From a virus: a stretch of 20,313 bases of DNA. The DNA is taken from the UHGV virus genome UHGV-0113881. The stretch is one strand, 5' to 3'. Each line of letters begins with the position of its first letter. The first letter of the stretch is position 1. The position numbers and the translations under genes are program-made. The notes under the pieces were generated by a model. The model had not been told where the DNA came from. It ran no database searches and saw only the letters and a list, made by a program, of their open reading frames with translations. Positions 14,544 through 20,313 of the stretch are shown one piece after another.

Positions 14544-14977
14544 GCAGAGTAACCGCGATTATCTCCGCTCTGGTTATCTGCATCATCGTCTGCCTGTCAT
14601 GGGCTGTTAATCATTACCGTGATAAATCCATTGCCTATAAAGAACAGCGCGATAAAGCCACGTACATCATTGCTGACATGCAGAAGCGTCAACGTGATGT
14701 AGCAGAACTCGACGCCAGATACACAAAGGAGCTTGCTGATGCTAACGCGACTATCGAAAGTCTCCGTGCTGATGTTTCTGCTGGGCGTAAGCGCCTGCAA
14801 GTCGCCGCCACCTGTGCAAAGTCAACGACCGGAGCCAGCAGCATGGGCGATGGAGAAAGCCCAAGACTTACAGCAGATGCTGAACTCAATTATTACCGTC
14901 TCCGAAGTGGAATCGACAGGATAACCGCGCAGGTTAACTACCTGCAGGAATACATCAGGACGCAATGCCTTCGATGA
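14540..14977 (+). CDS. Rz: Rz i-spanin (145 aa)
   Basis: [28 protein letters not shown] matches the recalled lambda Rz N-terminus. N-terminal transmembrane helix plus coiled-coil. Its start overlaps the endolysin stop as ATGA. Confidence 0.9.
   Translation: MSRVTAIISALVICIIVCLSWAVNHYRDKSIAYKEQRDKATYIIADMQKRQRDVAELDARYTKELADANATIESLRADVSAGRKRLQVAATCAKSTTGASSMGDGESPRLTADAELNYYRLRSGIDRITAQVNYLQEYIRTQCLR
14733..14924 (+). CDS. Rz1: Rz1 o-spanin lipoprotein embedded in the +1 frame of Rz (about 61-63 aa)
   Basis: Signal peptide with lipobox LLGVSAC, a Pro-rich mature region ([12 protein letters not shown]) and a C-terminus LNSIITVSE resembling lambda Rz1 (LNGIISPSE). It lies entirely within Rz. 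The start may be at 14733 or 14739. Confidence 0.8.
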   Translation: MLMLTRLSKVSVLMFLLGVSACKSPPPVQSQRPEPAAWAMEKAQDLQQMLNSIITVSEVESTG

Positions 14978-15424
14978 TAGCGATAATTTTACTCATCATC
15001 CTTCACATCTGGCTCTGTAGACAGGGTGGTGATCACTTCTGGAGTGAATCCAGATTAAACATCTCATTGCTGATGCTTGATATTGAGCATCTTGCGCGCG
15101 GTAAGGGGCTGCGTTGAGATAAGAGCCAGTTCATTACAAAGCCTATCTACTGGTGGGCTTGATAATGAAACCGGAATTTATTCTGGGTAACCAGTTACGG
15201 CAGTACCGCGAAACAACCCAAGCCAGTAAGTGGGGAAATAACACTGGCAGCCACTGAAAGATGAACCTCCTGCCTTATGGCAAAAAAGATTCTTTGTGGT
15301 GGCGGACTGATGGAAAGACATCGGTTATTGCAGAGACCATTCAATGAGTGGTCTCGACAATGACTTATACCCTACACGGGATAACTTAACTGATATCCCT
15401 TTTAACGGATAAACGGAGCCAACA

Positions 15425-15667
15425 ATGGCAGAGATTATTCCCATGACTGAAGAACAGAAATTCCAGTTAGAGATTTATAAACTGGTCATGAACCAGAACG
15501 CAGCCGCAGAGGAAGCATTTCAATTCATTGGCACTGACGAGCTGAAGCTTGAGCTATTCAAAATTCACTTCCAGTCAGGCGGCGCTAATTCAGATATCAC
15601 GACCCGCACTATCGAAGCGGTGCGTAAATCGAAGGAAGCGTTAGACCTGTTCACTACCGGAGTGTAA
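15425..15667 (+). CDS. Hypothetical small acidic protein (80 aa)
   Basis: Track ORF. GGAG lies 6 nt upstream of the ATG. It is the first gene of a tightly packed three-gene cluster upstream of terS. Confidence 0.55.
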   Translation: MAEIIPMTEEQKFQLEIYKLVMNQNAAAEEAFQFIGTDELKLELFKIHFQSGGANSDITTRTIEAVRKSKEALDLFTTGV

Positions 15668-15670
15668 GAG

Positions 15671-15958
15671 ATGACTGAACAAGAAATGCCGAGATACCAG
15701 TGCCACAAAAAAGTTCGCGCCCTGAAGATTGGCTCTATAGAACATAAGCCAAACCCAGATCAGTCTGGTAAGACTGGCTCTTCTAGTTATGTGGCAATTA
15801 TTCATCCGGATGATAAGAAATACGCAGCATTTGATGTTAGCGCGGAATATATCTGTAAGCACCGACCAATGTCTGGAGGCTATTACGTTGTCTATGAGGA
15901 TGGATATGAATCATATTCTCCTGCTGAGGTATTTGAGTCTGGATATTCAAAATTATAG
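15671..15958 (+). CDS. Hypothetical protein (95 aa)
   Basis: Track ORF starting 4 nt after the previous stop. Tyr/Gly-rich C-terminal half (GGYYVVYEDGYESYSPAEVFESGY). No family recognised. Confidence 0.55.
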   Translation: MTEQEMPRYQCHKKVRALKIGSIEHKPNPDQSGKTGSSSYVAIIHPDDKKYAAFDVSAEYICKHRPMSGGYYVVYEDGYESYSPAEVFESGYSKL

Positions 15959-15967
15959 GAATCCTCT

Positions 15968-16147
15968 ATGACAAGCGTCGTTGATCTTGGTAAGGAGAAG
16001 AAATTCCCAATTACTCAAGAGCTATACGAGAGGCTGGAAAGCGTCATCCATGATTACGATGGTGAAATCAGTTTATGCGAGGCGATTGGCACACTCGAAT
16101 TGCTGAAGCAGTCACTGATTGAAGGCGCGAAAGAGTCCTCAACCTGA
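15968..16147 (+). CDS. Hypothetical small protein (59 aa)
   Basis: Hand-translated ORF MTSVVDLGKEKKFPITQELYERLESVIHDYDGEISLCEAIGTLELLKQSLIEGAKESST. AGGAA lies upstream. It is below the track cutoff. Confidence 0.45.
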   Translation: MTSVVDLGKEKKFPITQELYERLESVIHDYDGEISLCEAIGTLELLKQSLIEGAKESST

Positions 16148-16170
16148 AATAACAACTAAGTGAGATGAAT

Positions 16171-16593
16171 ATGGCGACTGAACCAAAAGCTGGTCGCCCC
16201 TCTGATTATATGCCGGAGGTGGCTGACGATATCTGCTCGTTGCTTTCTTCTGGCGAAAGTTTGCTGAAAGTATGTAAGCGTCCTGGTATGCCGGATAAGT
16301 CCACTGTTTTCCGCTGGTTGGCAAAGCATGAGGATTTTCGCGACAAGTACGCGAAGGCAACTGAGGCACGAGCTGATTCTATTTTCGAAGAGATATTCGA
16401 AATTGCTGACAATGCGATTCCAGATGCTGCTGAGGTGGCAAAGGCAAGACTTCGCGTTGATACCCGCAAATGGGCGCTGGCCCGAATGAATCCCCGTAAG
16501 TATGGCGACAAGGTAACTAACGAGCTTGTCGGTAAGGACGGCGGCGCAATTCAGATTGAAACATCACCGATGAGCACTCTATTCGGAAAATGA
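16171..16593 (+). CDS. terS: Terminase small subunit (140 aa), Sf6/P22-like headful type
   Basis: MATEPKAGRPSDYMPEVADDICSLLSSGESLLKVCKRPGMPDKSTVFRWL matches my recollection of the Sf6-type small terminase. Track ORF starts at 16165 (MNMATEPK); the ATG at 16171 is preferred. The terL start overlaps its stop. Confidence 0.85.
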   Translation: MATEPKAGRPSDYMPEVADDICSLLSSGESLLKVCKRPGMPDKSTVFRWLAKHEDFRDKYAKATEARADSIFEEIFEIADNAIPDAAEVAKARLRVDTRKWALARMNPRKYGDKVTNELVGKDGGAIQIETSPMSTLFGK

Positions 16594-18005
16594 CCTCGAT
16601 TAATCCTATCTTTGAACCGTTCATTGAGGCGCATCGCTACAAAGTTGCCAAAGGCGGTCGAGGTAGCGGTAAGTCATGGGCAATTGCGAGGCTGCTTGTT
16701 GAAGCGGCGCGTCGGCAGCCTGTGCGTATTCTCTGCGCTCGTGAACTGCAAAACAGTATCAGCGATTCGGTAATCCGGTTGCTTGAAGATACCATCGAGC
16801 GTGAAGGGTATTCGGCTGAGTTTGAAATTCAGCGTTCAATGATTCGTCATTTCGGAACGAATGCTGAATTCATGTTCTACGGCATAAAAAACAACCCGAC
16901 GAAGATTAAATCGCTCGAAGGCATTGATATCTGCTGGGTGGAAGAAGCGGAAGCGGTAACGAAGGAATCATGGGATATCCTGATACCAACCATCCGCAAG
17001 CCATTTTCCGAAATATGGGTGAGCTTTAACCCGAAAAACATCCTCGACGATACCTATCAGCGATTCGTCGTAAATCCTCCAGATGATATTTGCCTGCTGA
17101 CGGTGAACTACACCGACAACCCGCACTTTCCTGAAGTTCTCCGTCTGGAGATGGAAGAGTGTAAACGCAGAAATCCGACACTGTATCGTCACATCTGGCT
17201 TGGTGAGCCAGTAAGCGCAAGTGATATGGCAATCATCAAACGTGAATGGCTTGAAGCCGCAACCGATGCGCACAAGAAACTCGGATGGAAAGCGAAAGGC
17301 GCTGTTGTCTCTGCGCATGATCCATCAGATACAGGGCCAGATGCTAAAGGTTATGCATCGCGTCACGGTTCGGTAGTTAAGCGCATTGCCGAAGGTCTGC
17401 TGATGGACATCAACGAGGGGGCTGACTGGGCTACTTCGCTGGCGATTGAAGACGGTGCTGACCACTACTTGTGGGATGGTGATGGTGTCGGTGCAGGGCT
17501 ACGCAGACAGACAACGGAAGCGTTCTCCGGCAAGAAAATCACCGCCACGATGTTCAAGGGCAGTGAATCGCCATTCGATGAAGATGCGCCGTATCAGTCC
17601 GGAGCTTGGGCTGATGAAGTCGTACAGGGCGACAACGTTCGCACTATTGGCGATGTATTCCGCAATAAGCGAGCGCAATTCTATTACGTGCTGGCTGACA
17701 GGCTGTATCTGACATATCGGGCGGTTGTCTATGGGGAGTATGCAGACCCCGACGACATGCTGAGTTTCGACAAAGAAGCGATAGGCGAGAAGATGCTGGA
17801 GAAGCTGTTTGCAGAACTTACGCAGATTCAGCGCAAATTCAATAATAACGGGAAGCTGGAGCTTATGACTAAGGTCGAAATGAAGCAGAAGCTCGGTATT
17901 CCATCTCCTAACCTGGCTGATGCGCTGATGATGTGTATGCATTGCCCGGAGTCGGCTGCGCAACCCGACTATTCCAGTTACTCAATTCCTTGTGGTGTAG
18001 GTTGA
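16590..18005 (+). CDS. terL: Terminase large subunit (471 aa)
   Basis: Walker A KGGRGSGKS near the N-terminus, an ATPase domain and a C-terminal nuclease domain, typical of Terminase_3-type large subunits. Its start overlaps the terS stop as ATGA. Confidence 0.9.
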   Translation: MTSINPIFEPFIEAHRYKVAKGGRGSGKSWAIARLLVEAARRQPVRILCARELQNSISDSVIRLLEDTIEREGYSAEFEIQRSMIRHFGTNAEFMFYGIKNNPTKIKSLEGIDICWVEEAEAVTKESWDILIPTIRKPFSEIWVSFNPKNILDDTYQRFVVNPPDDICLLTVNYTDNPHFPEVLRLEMEECKRRNPTLYRHIWLGEPVSASDMAIIKREWLEAATDAHKKLGWKAKGAVVSAHDPSDTGPDAKGYASRHGSVVKRIAEGLLMDINEGADWATSLAIEDGADHYLWDGDGVGAGLRRQTTEAFSGKKITATMFKGSESPFDEDAPYQSGAWADEVVQGDNVRTIGDVFRNKRAQFYYVLADRLYLTYRAVVYGEYADPDDMLSFDKEAIGEKMLEKLFAELTQIQRKFNNNGKLELMTKVEMKQKLGIPSPNLADALMMCMHCPESAAQPDYSSYSIPCGVG

Positions 18006-18006
18006 T

Positions 18007-20205
18007 ATGGCAGAAAAAAAGATGACTGACTGGCATCGCAAGGTGCTGTGCAACTTTGATAATGCCTGGTCAGCAACGCAGGATATGCGTGAGCAGATTA
18101 TTGAGGCTCAACGTTTCGTCCGGGTGTCCGGCGCACAGTGGGAAGGCAGCACAAACGCTGGTTACTCATTTGATGAAGGCAGGTTTGAGCATTACCCGCG
18201 CTTTGAACTGAATAAGATTGCCCGTGAATGTGATCGCATCATTGGCGAGTATCGACAGAATCGCATCAGCGTTAAATTCAGGCCGAAGGACGATAAGGCA
18301 TCGGAAGCGTTAGCCGAAAAGATGAACGGCAAATTCCGCGCTGACTATCAGGAAACATCCGGTGGTGAAGCGTGTGATAACGCATTTGATGATGCTGTAA
18401 CGGGCGGATTCGGTTGTTTCCGCATGTGTGCCGATTACGAAGATGAAATGGATCCGAGTAACGATCAGCGACGCATCAGCCTTCTCCCTGTTTACGACCC
18501 AGCGACATGCGTCTTCTTTGATCAGGACAGCAAGCAATATGACCGCTCTGATGCTATGTGGGCTATGGAAATGTTCTCCATGACGCCCAAAGCGTTCGAG
18601 GCTGAATACCCTGATTCCATCGCGGCAAGCCTTTCTCGTGATGGCACTGGCACTCAGTATGACTGGTCAACGCCCGATGCCATCTATGTTGGACGCTACT
18701 ACGAAGTTCGCATAGAGAAGGTGAAGCTCACGGCGTGGCGCAACCCTGTTAGCGGAGAAACGGCAATCTATGATGAAGAGCAAATCAAAGATATTGTCGA
18801 CGAACTGACCGATGGTGCATTCGAACTGATCGGTGAGCGGACGGTGAAGAAACGCAGAGTTTATTGCGGTCTTCTGTCTGGCGCTGAATGGCTGGAAGAA
18901 CCTAAGCGTATTCCGGGCGAACATATTCCTCTCATCCCGGTATATGGGCGTCGTTCATTTGTTGATAATCAGGAGCGAATCGAAGGCCACGCAGCAAAAG
19001 CGATGGATGCACAGCGTCTTGAGAACCTGATGGTTTCCATGATTGCAGATAACGCCACTCAGGCTGGCGGTGATGGCATTCCTATCGTGGATGTTGATTT
19101 CATTCCCGGCCCATTAATGAATCACTGGGCAGAGAGGAATAAGAAAAGACCAGCAGTTCTTCCCATGACCAGCAAGAAGGACAAAAACGGAACGGTCATT
19201 TCAGAGGCTCAGGTTGCTGGCTGGACTCCTCCAACACAAATGCCTCCAGCTCTTGCCGGGCTATTGCAGTACACCGGAACGGCTATTCAGCAAATTACAG
19301 GTGCGTCGCAGCTTGAGAACATGCCGAGCAACGTCGCCACCGATACCGTTGATAGCATCTTTAACCGGATGGATACGCAGTCCTATATCTACATGGACAA
19401 CATGGCTAAATCCATGCGTCGCGCTGGCGTTGTGTGGCTTTCTATGGCGCGTGAGGTCTATGGCAGTGATACGCCGATGCGTATCGTTAATGAGGACGGC
19501 AGCGATGACGTGGCGCTGATGACTGGTGAAGTGGTTGACCGTCAGACAGGGCAGGTTATCGCGCTTAATGACCTTTCGCAGGGCAACTATGAAGTGACTG
19601 TCGATGTCGGTCAGTCGTTCGCTACTCGCCGTGATGCAACGGTTAAGTCGTTACTTTCCATGCTGGCACTTATCCCACCAGGAACGCCGAAGCACGACCT
19701 TGTATCGTCGATGATTCTCGACAATATGGACGGCGAAGGGATGGACGACCTTAAAGAATACAACCGCAATCAGTTGCTTCTGTCTGGAGTTATAAAGCCG
19801 AGAACGCCAGAAGAGCAGCAAATGGTTGAGCAGGCGAAACAACAACAGGCCAGTCAGCCGGATCCGGCTATGGTTGCTGCGCAAGGTCAGCTTCTTGCAG
19901 GTCAGGCTGAATTGCAGAAAGCGCAGAACGAACAGGCAGCCATTCAGGTTAAAGCATTCCAGGCACAGACTGATGCTCAGGTTGCAGCGGCAAACGTTGT
20001 GAAAATCCTCGCATCTGCCGATAGCCAGCAGAAATCTGATATCCGCGAGGCTCTGAAACTGCTCGGACAGTTCCAGCAACAGCAAGGAGACAATGCCCGT
20101 GCTGATGCAGAGCTTGTCCTGAAAAGTCAGGCACAGGGTCATGCGCAGCGCATGGACATCAGCAGCAACCTGCAAAAATCAACTCAGCAACAACCACAGC
20201 AGTAA
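18007..20205 (+). CDS. Portal protein (732 aa), P22/Sf6-like
   Basis: Long colinear resemblance to recalled P22 gp1, including RRRVY, GEHIPLIPVYG and the C-terminal barrel region DPAMVAAQGQLLAGQAELQKAQNEQ. It starts 1 nt after the terL stop. Confidence 0.9.
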   Translation: MAEKKMTDWHRKVLCNFDNAWSATQDMREQIIEAQRFVRVSGAQWEGSTNAGYSFDEGRFEHYPRFELNKIARECDRIIGEYRQNRISVKFRPKDDKASEALAEKMNGKFRADYQETSGGEACDNAFDDAVTGGFGCFRMCADYEDEMDPSNDQRRISLLPVYDPATCVFFDQDSKQYDRSDAMWAMEMFSMTPKAFEAEYPDSIAASLSRDGTGTQYDWSTPDAIYVGRYYEVRIEKVKLTAWRNPVSGETAIYDEEQIKDIVDELTDGAFELIGERTVKKRRVYCGLLSGAEWLEEPKRIPGEHIPLIPVYGRRSFVDNQERIEGHAAKAMDAQRLENLMVSMIADNATQAGGDGIPIVDVDFIPGPLMNHWAERNKKRPAVLPMTSKKDKNGTVISEAQVAGWTPPTQMPPALAGLLQYTGTAIQQITGASQLENMPSNVATDTVDSIFNRMDTQSYIYMDNMAKSMRRAGVVWLSMAREVYGSDTPMRIVNEDGSDDVALMTGEVVDRQTGQVIALNDLSQGNYEVTVDVGQSFATRRDATVKSLLSMLALIPPGTPKHDLVSSMILDNMDGEGMDDLKEYNRNQLLLSGVIKPRTPEEQQMVEQAKQQQASQPDPAMVAAQGQLLAGQAELQKAQNEQAAIQVKAFQAQTDAQVAAANVVKILASADSQQKSDIREALKLLGQFQQQQGDNARADAELVLKSQAQGHAQRMDISSNLQKSTQQQPQQ

Positions 20206-20295
20206 TTAACCCATAACGTGCAATGGCTGTCTTTATGAGGCCTGGCACCCTATTGCCTTCCGATGGGCTGAACATCGAGTAAACAGGGGTAACAA

Positions 20296-20313
20296 ATGGA
20301 CCAGATGGCAGAA
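20296..20313 (+). CDS. Start of the next head gene (possibly scaffolding protein), partial at the window end
   Basis: ATG at 20296 (MDQMAE...) preceded by CAGGGG; this is the position of the scaffold gene in P22-like phages. Only 6 codons are visible. Confidence 0.3.

Noticed and set aside
14978-15424. Possible tRNA gene or bor-like lipoprotein in the gap after Rz
   Set aside because: No T-loop-like GTTCGAATC/GTTCAAATC motif or cloverleaf-compatible sequence was seen. No ORF with a signal peptide and lipobox on either strand. The best short frames are 23-30 aa and lack RBSs.
17499-20175. Long minus-strand track ORFs 17499..17963 and 19651..20175, plus shorter ones inside terL and portal
   Set aside because: Antisense to the terminase large subunit and portal genes, which have strong family signatures.

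Overview
This 20.3 kb window reads as one contiguous stretch of a mosaic lambdoid temperate phage or prophage; all calls rest on reading the sequence and ORF track and on recalled protein families, with no database search run. Left to right: (1) a minus-strand early-left operon of tightly coupled small genes (Ead/Ea22-like, Sipho_Gp157, RecT, Kil-like, CIII-like, Ral-like) ending in antiterminator N with nutL; (2) a lambda-style immunity region (PL/OL, a membrane protein in the rexAB position, cI, OR/PRM/PR, cro, nutR, cII) with six 15-bp AATAC-N5-GTATT operator sites; (3) a replication module (O-like initiator containing 11-bp iterons, DnaB-type helicase); (4) a nin region (NinB, NinD, NinF, RusA, NinH) with inserted cargo (Rha/KilAC-type, YbcO-like); (5) Q with PR'/qut and a promoter-proximal terminator; (6) a lysis cassette (dual-start class II holin, SAR endolysin, Rz with embedded Rz1); (7) a 447-bp ORF-free gap and three small unknown ORFs; (8) the start of a P22/Sf6-like headful packaging module (TerS, TerL, portal). 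No tRNA, CRISPR array, integrase or att site was found. The best candidates for undescribed biology are the orphan membrane protein co-transcribed with cI, the acidic protein in the Gam position beside RecT, and the small-ORF cluster plus non-coding gap between lysis and terminase.
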